Origin: Alphaproteobacteria bacterium
Lineage (GTDB): Bacteria; Pseudomonadota; Alphaproteobacteria; UBA7985
Direction: 5' to 3'
DNA length: 64,000 nt
NCBI GenBank assembly: GCA_965660945.1
Contig: CBFIBS010000001.1
Location: 63,961-127,960, forward strand
Below the pieces are notes generated by a model that made no database searches, was not told the origin of the DNA, and saw only the letters and a program-made list of their open reading frames with translations. Numbering within the stretch: position 1 is the stretch's first letter; every line of letters begins with the position of its first letter. Position numbers and translations under genes: made by a program. Below are positions 41,034 through 50,976 of the stretch, one piece after another.

Positions 41034-41776
41034 CAGAACAATCCCGGGTTCAGGGGTGAAGACGCGGTCAGGCCGCCGTCGACGGTGAACAGCTGTCCCG
41101 TGGTAAACGACGACTGGTCGGAAGCCAGCCAAGCGGCCATGGCTGCAATATCCGAGGGCTGGCCGAAGCGCCCGGCAGGGTGCCGGGCCAGCGCGTCGGT
41201 TTTGGCGGCCTCGGGGTTATCGGCAACGGCAAAGGCCGCATCGACCATGCCGGTCATGATCCAGCCCGGACAGATGGCGTTGCAACGCACGGCGGGGCCA
41301 TGGTCCACCGCGATCGAGCGGGTCAGACCGTGCACGAAGGCCTTGGAGGCGTTGTAAATCGCAAGACCGGGGTCGGCCGTCTGGCCGCTGATCGAACCGA
41401 TGTTGATGATCGACCCGCCGTGGGACATCCGTGGGATCAGCGCGCGGCACATGAGGAACACGCCCTTTGCATTGGCGCCCATGAGCAGATCCCAGTCGGC
41501 ATCGCTGGTTTCGGTAATCGTCTTTTCGACCTGAATGCCGGCATTGTTGACCAGAATGTCCAGCCCCTCGATCCCGGCCGCGAGTTCCGCCACAGCCCCG
41601 GGGTCCGATACGTCCGAGCACGCCCAGGCAAAGTGCGCCGGCAGATCGTCGGGCCGCGCCCCACGCCCGGTGATGGTCACGCGCGCGCCCTCAGCGGCAA
41701 ATCGATCGGCGATGCCCCGGCCGATGCCCTGTCGTCCGCCGGTGACCAGCGCTGTCTTGTTCTCCAGCATAGCCAT
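41033..41776 (-). CDS. SDR-family oxidoreductase
   Basis: TGGRQGIG, NNAG and the YxxxK catalytic motif. Confidence 0.75.
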   Translation of the reverse strand: MAMLENKTALVTGGRQGIGRGIADRFAAEGARVTITGRGARPDDLPAHFAWACSDVSDPGAVAELAAGIEGLDILVNNAGIQVEKTITETSDADWDLLMGANAKGVFLMCRALIPRMSHGGSIINIGSISGQTADPGLAIYNASKAFVHGLTRSIAVDHGPAVRCNAICPGWIMTGMVDAAFAVADNPEAAKTDALARHPAGRFGQPSDIAAMAAWLASDQSSFTTGQLFTVDGGLTASSPLNPGLF

Positions 41777-41777
41777 A

Positions 41778-43196
41778 TCAGTGCGCCACCATCACGTGAC
41801 GCACGGCGGTATAGGCCTCCAGCGCGTAGATCGACATATCGCAGCCCGTGCCCGAACCCTTCATCGCCGCCCACGGCATTTCCGCCGTGCCAACGCCGTG
41901 GGTGTTGACCCAGGTGAAGCCGTAGCGCAGTTGCGCCGCCATCCGCATGGCGAGGCCCACGTCGCGGGTCCAGACCGAAGAGGCCAGCCCGTAACGCGAG
42001 GCATTGGCGATGCCCAGCGCTTCATCGGCGTCGCTGAACCGGGAAATCGTGACCACCGGGCCGAAGACTTCCTGACAGGCGATCTCGGCATCGTTGTCCA
42101 CGTTTGCGACCACGGTGGGGCTGTAGAAGAAGCCCTTGCCCTCCGGCACAGTCCCGCCGCAGGCGATGTCCGCCCCGGCCCGCGCCCGATCCACAAAGCC
42201 CGCGACCCGGTCGCGCTGTGCAGCGGAAATCAGGGGCCCCATTTCGGTTTCGGGGTCGTGTTGAGTGCCCAGACGAATGCTGCTGACAGCTGCTGCGGTC
42301 TCGGCCACCACGCGCTCGAACACGCCATCCTGCACCATGATCCGACACGGTTGGGCGCAGTCCTGCCCAGCATTGAAGAACGAGCCGCCCCGGATGGTCT
42401 CGACCACAGCATCGATGTCAGCATCGTCGAACACGATCACCGGCGCCTTGCCACCGAGTTCCAGATGTACGTGACGGATTTGCTCGGAGGCGGCTTTCAT
42501 CGCTGCCATTCCGGTCGCGGGCGAGCCGGTGATGGAGATCCCCTCGACCCCGGGGTTGTTGATCAGGGCGCTGCCCACGCCCGGCCCCGCACCGTGGATC
42601 ACGTTCACCACGCCGGCGGGCAGAACCTCGTTCATGATTTCGGCCATCCGCAGGGTGGCCAGCGGGGTCAGCTCGGAGGGCTTGAGCACCACCGGGCACC
42701 CGGCGGCCAGCGGTGCAGACAGCTTCCACGACGCCATCATCAGCGGATAGTTCCAGGGCGCGATCGATGCCACCGGGCCGATGGGGTCCTTGCGGATCAT
42801 CGAGGTATGGCCCTCGACGTACTCGCCCGCGGCCGACCCGGTCTGGGTCCGCGCTGCGCCAGCCATGAACCGGAAAGTATCGATGGTCAGCGGCATCTCA
42901 TCGTCGCGCGCGGCGGCAAAGGGCTTTCCGCACTCGAGGCTTTCCAGCTCGGCGAGTTCATCGTTGTGCGCCTCGATCGCATCGGCAACGGCCAGCAGCA
43001 TGCCGGCGCGGTCGGCCGGGGTCGTGCGGCCGAAGCTGTCAAAGGCCGCGGTGGCCGCGTCAACGGCGGACTGGATCTGGGCCGGACTGGCCTCCCTGAC
43101 CGATGCCACCTGCTCTCCGGTCGCAGGATCGAGAACCGGGGTTGCCGCGCCCCCGCCTTCAACGAGCTTGCCCTGGATCAATAGTTTCGTCTGCAT
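41778..43196 (-). CDS. NAD(P)-dependent aldehyde dehydrogenase (betaine/aminobutyraldehyde DH-like)
   Basis: ALDH glutamate (ELGGKAP) and cysteine (FFNAGQDC) active-site motifs. Confidence 0.85.
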   Translation of the reverse strand: MQTKLLIQGKLVEGGGAATPVLDPATGEQVASVREASPAQIQSAVDAATAAFDSFGRTTPADRAGMLLAVADAIEAHNDELAELESLECGKPFAAARDDEMPLTIDTFRFMAGAARTQTGSAAGEYVEGHTSMIRKDPIGPVASIAPWNYPLMMASWKLSAPLAAGCPVVLKPSELTPLATLRMAEIMNEVLPAGVVNVIHGAGPGVGSALINNPGVEGISITGSPATGMAAMKAASEQIRHVHLELGGKAPVIVFDDADIDAVVETIRGGSFFNAGQDCAQPCRIMVQDGVFERVVAETAAAVSSIRLGTQHDPETEMGPLISAAQRDRVAGFVDRARAGADIACGGTVPEGKGFFYSPTVVANVDNDAEIACQEVFGPVVTISRFSDADEALGIANASRYGLASSVWTRDVGLAMRMAAQLRYGFTWVNTHGVGTAEMPWAAMKGSGTGCDMSIYALEAYTAVRHVMVAH

Positions 43197-43234
43197 GGGC
43201 TGTGACTTCCTTCGCTCACCTGTGTTTGTTCGGG

Positions 43235-44164
43235 TCAGAACCCGACCTGATCGCCGCCCTTGAGCCCGAGCCGCTCTCGCGCCTGCTCAGGCGTAGCCAC
43301 GCTCAGGCCCAGCGCTTCGACGATGCCGCGGATCTTTGTGACCTGCTCGGCGTTGCTCGACGCCAGTTTGCCCGGGCCGATGTAGAGGCTGTCTTCCAGA
43401 CCCACGCGTAGATTGCCGCCCAGCATGGCGGCCTGTGTCCCGAAGGACATCTGGTGGCGCCCCGCAGCCAGCACCGACCACTCGTAGTCTTCGCCAAACA
43501 GCTTGTCGGCGATGGTGTGCATGTGCATGAGGTTGTCGAGGTCGGCCCCTACGCCACCGAGCACGCCGAAGACCATCTGCACGAAGAACGGCGGTTCGAC
43601 CCAGCCCTGATCGATCAGCCACGCCAGATTGTAGAGGTGGCCCAGATCGTAGCATTCGAACTCGAACTTGGTGCCGTGCCCCTGCCCAAGCTCCTTCACC
43701 ACGTATTCGAGGTCGGCGAAGGTGTTGCGGAAGATGAAGTCGCGGGTCATGTCGAGGAACTGCGGTTCCCAGTCGAACTTCCACTCGCTGTATTTGTTCG
43801 CCATCGGAAAGATGCCGAAGTTCATCGAACCCACGTTGAGTGAGGCCATTTCCGGGCTGGCGCGGGTCGCAGCGCGCAGCCGTTCTTCCCGGCTCATGCC
43901 CAGCCCGCCGCCGGTCGAAACGTTCATCACCGCGTCGGTCGACTGCTTGATGCGGGGCAGAAAGTCCATGAACAGATCGGGGCTGGGGTCGGGCTTGCCC
44001 GTCTTCGGGTCGCGGGCGTGGAGGTGGATGATCGACGCCCCGGCCTCAGCTGCACCGATGGCGGCGGTGGCGATTTCATCGGGGGTGATGGGCAGGTGCT
44101 CGCTCATCGTCGGGGTGTGGATGCCACCAGTGGGCGCGCAGGTGATGATGACGGGTTTGGCCAT
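43235..44164 (-). CDS. BKACE-family (3-keto-5-aminohexanoate cleavage enzyme-like, DUF849) protein
   Basis: TIM-barrel BKACE motifs ([19 protein letters not shown]). Start at Met27 of the ORF. Confidence 0.8.
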   Translation of the reverse strand: MAKPVIITCAPTGGIHTPTMSEHLPITPDEIATAAIGAAEAGASIIHLHARDPKTGKPDPSPDLFMDFLPRIKQSTDAVMNVSTGGGLGMSREERLRAATRASPEMASLNVGSMNFGIFPMANKYSEWKFDWEPQFLDMTRDFIFRNTFADLEYVVKELGQGHGTKFEFECYDLGHLYNLAWLIDQGWVEPPFFVQMVFGVLGGVGADLDNLMHMHTIADKLFGEDYEWSVLAAGRHQMSFGTQAAMLGGNLRVGLEDSLYIGPGKLASSNAEQVTKIRGIVEALGLSVATPEQARERLGLKGGDQVGF

Positions 44165-44190
44165 GGTCTCGGTCTCGCTCTTTGCCGGCG

Positions 44191-44982
44191 CTAGAGTTTC
44201 ATCTGCTGCACCTGAGCCGACAGGCCGCCGTCCAGCACCCACAGCTGACCGGCCGCGTAGCGCGCCTCGTCCGAGGCCAGCCAGTTGACCAGATTGGCCA
44301 TGTCTTCAGGCTTGCCGAAGGTCCGCATGGGGTGCACGTCGCGCACGGCCTGCTGCAGGCTGTCGATGGTGCCGCCATCGCCGCCGCTGCCATCGCCCTC
44401 GAAGAAGGACTGCAGCATGGGCGTATCGACGTAGCCCGGGCAGATGGCGTTCACGCGAATGCCTTCCGGGCCGTGATCGCAAGCCATGGCCCGGGTCAGC
44501 GCGTGGACTGCGCCTTTGGTGGCGCAGTAGGCCGCCAGCCCGGGGTCTGCGATGAAGCCGTCGTAGGAGCCGAAGTTGATCACTGAAGCCCCGCCGCTGG
44601 CCTGCGACCGGCGCAGCAGCGGCAAGGCATGTTTGGACACCAGAAAGGTGCCGGTGACGTTAACCGCAAAGATGCGGTTCCACTCTTCGAGGCTGGTTTC
44701 CTCGATGGTCTTTTCGATCTCGATCCCCGCCGCGTTGACGAGGATATCGAGCCTGCCGTCTGCAGTTGCCGCGACGTGATCGAAGGCTGCGCGGACGCTG
44801 TCCTCGCTGGTCACATCCAGCTGAATGAAGTCATCCGTAGGCTGGTCCTCGGCCAGCGAACCCGCAGCCGTCAGATCAGCGGCAAAGACGCGGGCGCCTT
44901 CGCGGGCAAAGCGGGCGCAAATGGCGCGGCCGATGCCCCCGCGCCCACCGGTGACCAGCGCCGTTTTTCCTGCCAGCATCAT
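44191..44982 (-). CDS. SDR-family oxidoreductase
   Basis: TGGRGGIG, NAAG and YxxxK. Start MMLAGK at 44982 overlaps the Rieske gene stop. Confidence 0.75.
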   Translation of the reverse strand: MMLAGKTALVTGGRGGIGRAICARFAREGARVFAADLTAAGSLAEDQPTDDFIQLDVTSEDSVRAAFDHVAATADGRLDILVNAAGIEIEKTIEETSLEEWNRIFAVNVTGTFLVSKHALPLLRRSQASGGASVINFGSYDGFIADPGLAAYCATKGAVHALTRAMACDHGPEGIRVNAICPGYVDTPMLQSFFEGDGSGGDGGTIDSLQQAVRDVHPMRTFGKPEDMANLVNWLASDEARYAAGQLWVLDGGLSAQVQQMKL

Positions 44983-46121
44983 GGGTTCAGCGCCTTCTTG
45001 TAGGCATCCAGCACCAGCCCGTGAAAGTGATGGACCGCGTGCTCGGACTTGCCCGAGCCGTCGGGGTCGTGGACGATCCGTCCCTGCTCGAAGGCCGGGG
45101 TGTTCATGCCGCGCTGGACGCTTTCGACCAGCCCGATGTCCTCGACCTGCAGCACCTCGTCGAGGTAGCGGATGGCCTCGACCTCGGCCTCGTCCGGGCT
45201 CTGATCGACGAGGAAGAAGTCGTAGGTTTCCAGCGTGCGGTCGGGGCCGACGGGGATGATGTTCAGGATGATCATCGACGGCCGCCCCGGATAACGCATG
45301 ATGCATGTGGTCGGGTACAGCCACCAGACGGCGTGGGTGCGCACGGCAGCGTTGGAGACGTCGTAGGCGGTGTTGCTGCCCTGCCCGGCGTCGGCCATGT
45401 GGCTCGAGTAGATGCCGTGGGTGGTGACCTTGTAGGTATCCATATCCACCAGCGTGCAGAAATCCTTGTGTGCGGTTGGGCAGTGGTAGCACTCGAGGAA
45501 GTTGTCGACGACGTTCTTCCAGTTCGACTTGATGTCGTAGGTCAGCCGGTGGCCGAAGGTCAGCTCATCGACCTCCGGCGCCCAGTACATGATCTCGCGG
45601 CGCAGATCACCGGACTGCTCGGTCAGCGGCGCAGCATTCGGGTCGAGGTTGACGTAGACGAAGCCGCAGAACTCTTCGACCTGCACCTGATCGAGGCAGA
45701 TCTCAGACTTGTCGAAGCCCTTGAGCGACTTGGTGTGCGGCGCAACCTGCAACTTACCGTCGAGCCGGTAAGCCCAGGCGTGATAAGGGCACATGATGTG
45801 GCCGACCGTGCCTTCGCCCTGCAGCAGTTCGTGCGCCCGGTGCTTGCAGACGTTGTAGAATGCGCGCAGCGTGCCGTCTTTGTCCCGCACCACCATGATC
45901 GACTGCCCGGCGATGATCGTGGTCACATAGGCCCCCGGCTCGCGCAGCTTTTCAATATGACAGACCCACTGCCATGAGTGAGAGAACACGGCGTTCTGTT
46001 CGAGGCTGAACCACTCATTCTGTGTGTAAGCCTCGGCCTGCAACGACAGTGAGGACGCCGGGTCGGGGTCATAGCCCGCGCGGATGCGCTCAAAATCTGC
46101 GGCGTTGAGGGCGGTTATCAT
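44979..46121 (-). CDS. Rieske [2Fe-2S] non-heme-iron oxygenase alpha subunit (GbcA/CntA/Stc2-like quaternary-amine oxygenase candidate)
   Basis: Rieske CxH...CxxH (CKHRAHEL...CPYHAW) plus a mononuclear Fe site (ECYHCPTAH, D). Start taken at Met7, which has a GGAAAGAG RBS. No reductase gene is adjacent. Confidence 0.8.
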   Translation of the reverse strand: MITALNAADFERIRAGYDPDPASSLSLQAEAYTQNEWFSLEQNAVFSHSWQWVCHIEKLREPGAYVTTIIAGQSIMVVRDKDGTLRAFYNVCKHRAHELLQGEGTVGHIMCPYHAWAYRLDGKLQVAPHTKSLKGFDKSEICLDQVQVEEFCGFVYVNLDPNAAPLTEQSGDLRREIMYWAPEVDELTFGHRLTYDIKSNWKNVVDNFLECYHCPTAHKDFCTLVDMDTYKVTTHGIYSSHMADAGQGSNTAYDVSNAAVRTHAVWWLYPTTCIMRYPGRPSMIILNIIPVGPDRTLETYDFFLVDQSPDEAEVEAIRYLDEVLQVEDIGLVESVQRGMNTPAFEQGRIVHDPDGSGKSEHAVHHFHGLVLDAYKKALNP

Positions 46122-46165
46122 GGCTCTTTCCTGCTGCATCGGTATGGGTTCGGGGCGCCCGGCGG

Positions 46166-47704
46166 TCAGGCCGGATCGGTCTTGGGGAACCGAAAACGCT
46201 CGGCGGCGACAGTCCAGTCCATATGGTTGCGGACGTACTGCTGGCTGGCGTCCTTGGGCGGGTTGTAGTCCCAGGGTTCGGCGGCGCCCGCCTCCATGGC
46301 GGCGTGGATCGCCCGGCGCTGGCGCTGTGTGGCCATGACATCTTCGCGCAGTCTGGCGCTGTCCCAGCGGCCCGCGACCTCGGCTGCGAAGTCTGCTGCC
46401 ATGGCGGCATGCCCGGGATCGTCGACCAGATTGCGGGCCTCGCTGGGATCGTCTGCAAGGTTATAGAGCAAGGGCTTGTCGCCCTCGCAGGCGATATATT
46501 TGTACGGCCCGCGCCGGATCATGAACACGGGGTGGCCGGCCATTTCTGCGCAGTACTCACCGATGGCCTCGTCAACCCCGTCAGCCTCTCCTCGCGCCAG
46601 CGGCATCAGCGAGCGGCCGTCGATGGGCATGCCGAGCGCCGGCTGTGCGGTTCCCGCGCTGGCGGCAATATCGAGAATGGTCGGCAGGATATCGACGAGG
46701 CTGCAGGCATTGGCCGCCGCGCCCTGCCTGACCCCCGGCCCGGCGATGATCAGCGGCACCCGCGCGGAGTGTTCGAAGAAGTTCATCTTGTACCAGAGCC
46801 CGCGCTCGCCCAGCATATCACCATGGTCGGCGGTGATGATGAAGATCGTATCCTCGAGCATCCCCGCCTCGGCGATGGTCTGCACCAGCTCACCGACTTT
46901 GCTGTCGAAGTATGAGACGTTAGCGAAATAGGCGTGGCGTGCCTTGCGCACCTCCGCCTCGGTCAGCGGGACCGTCGAGGCCTCGATCCCGTCCATGACC
47001 CGGCGGGAGAAGCCGTCGTGCTCCTCGGGCGCCAGCACGAAGGCCGGCATGTCGATATCATCGCTGTCGTAGAGATCCCACCACTCCTGCCGCGCCACGT
47101 AGGGGTCGTGCGGGTGAATAAAGCTGGCAACCATGCAGAACGGCTGATCGTCGTCGCGGGCGTAGTCGAAAATCCGGCGCTTGGCGTAGAAGGCGACTTC
47201 TTCATCGTAGTCGATCTGGAAGGTCGCCGCCCCGATCCCAGCTTCCTTGACCGTGGCCATGTTGTGGTACCACTTGTCGATCCGCTCGTCGGGCAGTTCC
47301 CAGTCCGGGGTCCAGGCATAGTCCGACGGATAGATGTCGGTCGTCACCCGCTCTTCAAAGCCGTGCATCTGATCCGGGCCGACGAAGTGCATCTTCCCGG
47401 ACAGGCAGGTGCGGTAACCCATGAGCCGCAGGTAGTGGGCAAAGGTTGGGATCGACGCTGGAAATTCTGAGGCATTGTCATAGGCCGCAATGCGGGAGAT
47501 CAGCTGGCCCGACATGAAGCTGAACCGCGACGGCGCGCACAGCGGCGAGTTGCAGTAGGCGGCGTCATACCGCATGCCCCGCGCAGCCAGCGCATCGATG
47601 TGCGGGGTTTTGACCAGTGGATGGCCATAGGCGCCCGTAAACTGGGGGGCCAGCTGATCCGCCATGATCAGGACGATGTTGGGCGCGCGCTTGCTTGGCT
47701 GCAT
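46166..47704 (-). CDS. betC: choline-sulfatase
   Basis: Type I sulfatase with the formylglycine motif SPLCAPSR and a 512-aa length matching BetC. Start at Met42 of the ORF. Confidence 0.8.
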   Translation of the reverse strand: MQPSKRAPNIVLIMADQLAPQFTGAYGHPLVKTPHIDALAARGMRYDAAYCNSPLCAPSRFSFMSGQLISRIAAYDNASEFPASIPTFAHYLRLMGYRTCLSGKMHFVGPDQMHGFEERVTTDIYPSDYAWTPDWELPDERIDKWYHNMATVKEAGIGAATFQIDYDEEVAFYAKRRIFDYARDDDQPFCMVASFIHPHDPYVARQEWWDLYDSDDIDMPAFVLAPEEHDGFSRRVMDGIEASTVPLTEAEVRKARHAYFANVSYFDSKVGELVQTIAEAGMLEDTIFIITADHGDMLGERGLWYKMNFFEHSARVPLIIAGPGVRQGAAANACSLVDILPTILDIAASAGTAQPALGMPIDGRSLMPLARGEADGVDEAIGEYCAEMAGHPVFMIRRGPYKYIACEGDKPLLYNLADDPSEARNLVDDPGHAAMAADFAAEVAGRWDSARLREDVMATQRQRRAIHAAMEAGAAEPWDYNPPKDASQQYVRNHMDWTVAAERFRFPKTDPA

Positions 47705-47816
47705 GGCCTGAAACCTCCGGGAAACGTGACAGCGGGAGCTTGCAGGAAACCACGGGCACCACCTTGCATTTTTACGACATCCGCAGAGATTTTTCCGAGC
47801 CCTTTGATCTGTCCCG

Positions 47817-48839
47817 TCAGTCTTCACCTTCGGACAGGAAGCGAAGCTCGAACGCGACCTTTCCCCTCTGCCGGTGGCGGGTGGGGGTCAGGCCGAAGCG
47901 GCGCTTAAACACACGCGAGAAGTTTGCCGCCGAACCGAAGCCGCAGGCCAGAGCCACCTCCAGCATCGGCAAGGTAGTCTGTGTCAGCAGTTCTTGGGCG
48001 CGCCCAAGCCGGAGATCGAGGAAGTGACCCAGCGGCGTCCCCATACCAGCAGCCCTGAAGGCCCGCTCCAGCGCCCGCTGGTGCACGCCAAGGGTATCGG
48101 CGATTGCGGGGACTGAAACCGGCTCCTCGATATGAGCGCGCATGATTTGCTCAGCCTGCTCGATCAACCCCGCCGCCGACGCCGCACCGCCGATGCGCGG
48201 TTTGATACTGCCAGCGGGGTCATCGTCCGATGAGGCCTTAGGGCGACCCCCGGGGATTAACAGATAGTCACTGACCCTGTCGCGGGCGCGGTCCCCAAGG
48301 TCGCTTGCAATGACTGAAAGCGCACAATCGAAGGCGCCGCTGCCACCTGCACAGGACAGCACCAGCGGATCGTCGACCCAGCGCTCATCCAGAACGTCAA
48401 TTGCCGGGTAAAGTTCGCCAAGGGATTGCCGGTGCTCAGGGTGAACCGTAACCCGCCCCCGCGTCAGCAAGCCTGCTGAGCCGAGGACAAAGGCACCGGT
48501 ATCGATGGTCACCAGACGGGTTCCGGCCCGGTACCAGCGCCTCAGCGTCGCCAGCAATCTCGGCTGGGCCAGCGCCTCGGGCGTCCAACTGGTGGAGACC
48601 ACGAGAAAGTCCGGCGCCTGCCCGGCCGGATCAAATGGGCTGGTCTTAAGCTCGGCCGTGTTGGATGCCTGCAGCATTCCGCCGCCAACGCTCTGGAAGG
48701 CCCAGGCATAGCGACGCCCATAGAGGTAGTTGGCCACGCGAAAGGGATCGACGAAGGCCGTGGTCGCCGCAAGATTGAAGCTCGGAGCGGTCAGGATACA
48801 GAGTTGAACCAGATCGCTGCGGGGTTTGCTGGGTAGCAT
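47817..48839 (-). CDS. GlxA-family (GATase1-like/DJ-1 plus AraC-HTH) transcriptional regulator (CdhR/GbdR-like)
   Basis: DJ-1/PfpI-like N-domain and C-terminal AraC HTH (GFGSAANFSRVFKRRFGLTP). Heads the minus-strand operon. Confidence 0.8.
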   Translation of the reverse strand: MLPSKPRSDLVQLCILTAPSFNLAATTAFVDPFRVANYLYGRRYAWAFQSVGGGMLQASNTAELKTSPFDPAGQAPDFLVVSTSWTPEALAQPRLLATLRRWYRAGTRLVTIDTGAFVLGSAGLLTRGRVTVHPEHRQSLGELYPAIDVLDERWVDDPLVLSCAGGSGAFDCALSVIASDLGDRARDRVSDYLLIPGGRPKASSDDDPAGSIKPRIGGAASAAGLIEQAEQIMRAHIEEPVSVPAIADTLGVHQRALERAFRAAGMGTPLGHFLDLRLGRAQELLTQTTLPMLEVALACGFGSAANFSRVFKRRFGLTPTRHRQRGKVAFELRFLSEGED

Positions 48840-49083
48840 GGGGGCAATCCGGCAAAGCTATGGGATGACTGTCTGCGTTCTTGCACATTTTCGACAACTG
48901 GGCATCGATTTTTGGGGTGCCCAACAAAACCGACGAGACCAATCGGGAGCACTGCTGTAGTTGATGCTCCCCCCCTAAGCTCTTAAGCAGGCTTGTCCCC
49001 TGAAATTATTTTCGGAATATTGCGCAGCACCGAGGGCCCTGTTGTCCAACTGAAAACCCTTCTAAGCGGAGCAGAGAGCACGC

Positions 49084-50391
49084 ATGCCCGCATACCCAGC
49101 TTTGAGCGCGACATCCGCCTACGACGTCCTGATCGCCGGTGGTGGCATTTGCGGACTGGTCACCGCGCTGACCCTGCACCAGCTGGGCATCCCCTGCCGC
49201 GTGTTTGAGGCCGTCAGCGCCCCGCGCCCTCTGGGGGTTGGCATCAACCTGCAGCCCAACGCCGTCCGAGAGCTCTATGATCTGGGGATCGACGATGCGC
49301 TGCTCGATACCATCGGCATTCAGGCGAGGGAATGGGCGCTCGTGGGCCTCAACGGCAACGATATCTACGCCGAGCCCCGCGGCCTGCTCGCTGGCTATCA
49401 CTGGCCGCAGTATGCGGTTCACCGGGGTGAGCTGCACATGCTGCTCTACCGCGCTGTGCTCGAACGCCTCGGCCCGGATCGAGTCAGCCTTGGGCACCGC
49501 GCCCAAGGCTATCGCATCGAGGAAGACGGCAGCGGTGTCAGCCTGCTGGTCCAGACGCCCGGCAGCGATAAACTGTTGGCCATTGGCGGCAAACTACTGC
49601 TCGGGGCTGACGGTCTTCATTCCGCCATCCGCGCGCAGATGCACCCCGACCAGCCCCCCATCCACTGGGGTGGGACCATCATGTGGCGGGGTGTGACCCG
49701 TGCGCCCGCCATCCGCACCGGTTCTTCGTTTGTCGGCCTGGGCGAGGAAGACCGCCGGCTTGTCATCTACCCCATTTCCCAGCCCGACGCCGACGGCCTG
49801 TCGCTGATCAACTGGATTGCCGAGATCCGGGTCGACAGCCAGCAGGGCTGGGAAGGCACCGGCTGGTACAACGAAGTCGAGGTCGACAGCTTTCTGCACC
49901 ACTTCGAGGGCATGAAATACGATTGGCTCGATGTTCCGGCATTGCTGGCCCAGTGCTCGGTCGCCTTTGAAAACCCGATGATCGACCGCGACCCCGTCGA
50001 CACGTGGACCGATGGCCCGGTGCTGCTGCTGGGTGATGCGGCGCACCCCATGTATCCGACCGGCTCGAACGGCGCCAGCCAGGCCATCATCGACGCCCGC
50101 CGGCTGGGCGCCCTGTTCCTCGAACAGGGTGTCAACGCTGGCGCGCTGGCGGCCTTTGATCTTGCGCTCAACGGCCCGGTCAACGAGGTGGTGCTGCGCA
50201 ACCGCGGTGATGGTCCCTTCGGCCTGCTCAAGCTGGTCGAGGAGCGATGCGGCGGGCGCTTCGAGGATATCAACGCAGTGATCCCGGCCGATGAACGCCA
50301 GCAATTCATGCAGCGCTATCAGGCCGCAGCAGGCTTCGCCCGTGAAGCCCTTAATGCTGCGCCGCCAACAATCACGCCGAAATCCGACTGA
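49084..50391 (+). CDS. FAD-dependent aromatic-ring monooxygenase (salicylate / 3-hydroxybenzoate hydroxylase-like)
   Basis: GxGxxG (VLIAGGGICG), DG motif (GADGLHS), GDAAH. Confidence 0.8.
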   Translation: MPAYPALSATSAYDVLIAGGGICGLVTALTLHQLGIPCRVFEAVSAPRPLGVGINLQPNAVRELYDLGIDDALLDTIGIQAREWALVGLNGNDIYAEPRGLLAGYHWPQYAVHRGELHMLLYRAVLERLGPDRVSLGHRAQGYRIEEDGSGVSLLVQTPGSDKLLAIGGKLLLGADGLHSAIRAQMHPDQPPIHWGGTIMWRGVTRAPAIRTGSSFVGLGEEDRRLVIYPISQPDADGLSLINWIAEIRVDSQQGWEGTGWYNEVEVDSFLHHFEGMKYDWLDVPALLAQCSVAFENPMIDRDPVDTWTDGPVLLLGDAAHPMYPTGSNGASQAIIDARRLGALFLEQGVNAGALAAFDLALNGPVNEVVLRNRGDGPFGLLKLVEERCGGRFEDINAVIPADERQQFMQRYQAAAGFAREALNAAPPTITPKSD

Positions 50392-50538
50392 GCGGCCCTC
50401 GCTGCCAGATTGATTTCTGTCTCAAATCAACGTGTTTGTTGGAATCTCAGAGGCTTGCCTGCTTGTGCTGCCCATCCCTATGGACCTAGTATTAGTTCAT
50501 TCGCATTTTTGTTTGCGGATCTCAAAGGGAGAGACACC

Positions 50539-50904
50539 ATGAGTTCAATTGTTAAGAAGAATTTCGACAGTCCGGATGAAGTCCGCGCTCCTGACAAAGC
50601 CAAGGTACACGTCTGCCAGCTGGGCGATGTCGCCGCTGCGCGCCTGACGCTCGAGCCGGGCTGGAGCTGGTCCAGCTGCGTCAAGCCCATGGTGGGCGGT
50701 GACAGCTGCCAGGCCCGCCACGTCGGCACTGTGATTCAGGGCACGATGGTCGCCAAACACAACGACGGCACCACTCAGACCTTCAAGGCCGGTGACACCT
50801 ACATCATCGAGCCGGGCCACGATGGCTGGGTTGAGGGCGATGAAGCCGTGGTTGCCTTCGAGTTCAACTCGACCGCCGCGCAGACCTACGCCGCGACCAA
50901 GTAA
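50539..50904 (+). CDS. cupin-domain protein
   Basis: 121 aa with a cupin beta-barrel pattern and an AAGGGAGAG RBS. Confidence 0.6.
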   Translation: MSSIVKKNFDSPDEVRAPDKAKVHVCQLGDVAAARLTLEPGWSWSSCVKPMVGGDSCQARHVGTVIQGTMVAKHNDGTTQTFKAGDTYIIEPGHDGWVEGDEAVVAFEFNSTAAQTYAATK

Positions 50905-50976
50905 AAGGCGCTTGCGCCCAAAAGCAGACCCGTTCCCGGCGCAGCACCAGTCTGTGCCGGGGCAGTCGGCGCCCGC

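Noticed and set aside
41535-43184. 549-aa plus-strand ORF opposite the aldehyde dehydrogenase
   Set aside because: Antisense artefact; the ALDH has both catalytic motifs.
44191-45492. 433-aa version of the SDR ORF
   Set aside because: The N-terminal 170 residues are Arg/Pro/Gly-rich and overlap the Rieske gene on the same strand in another frame. The SDR fold starts at MMLAGKTALVTGG (44982).
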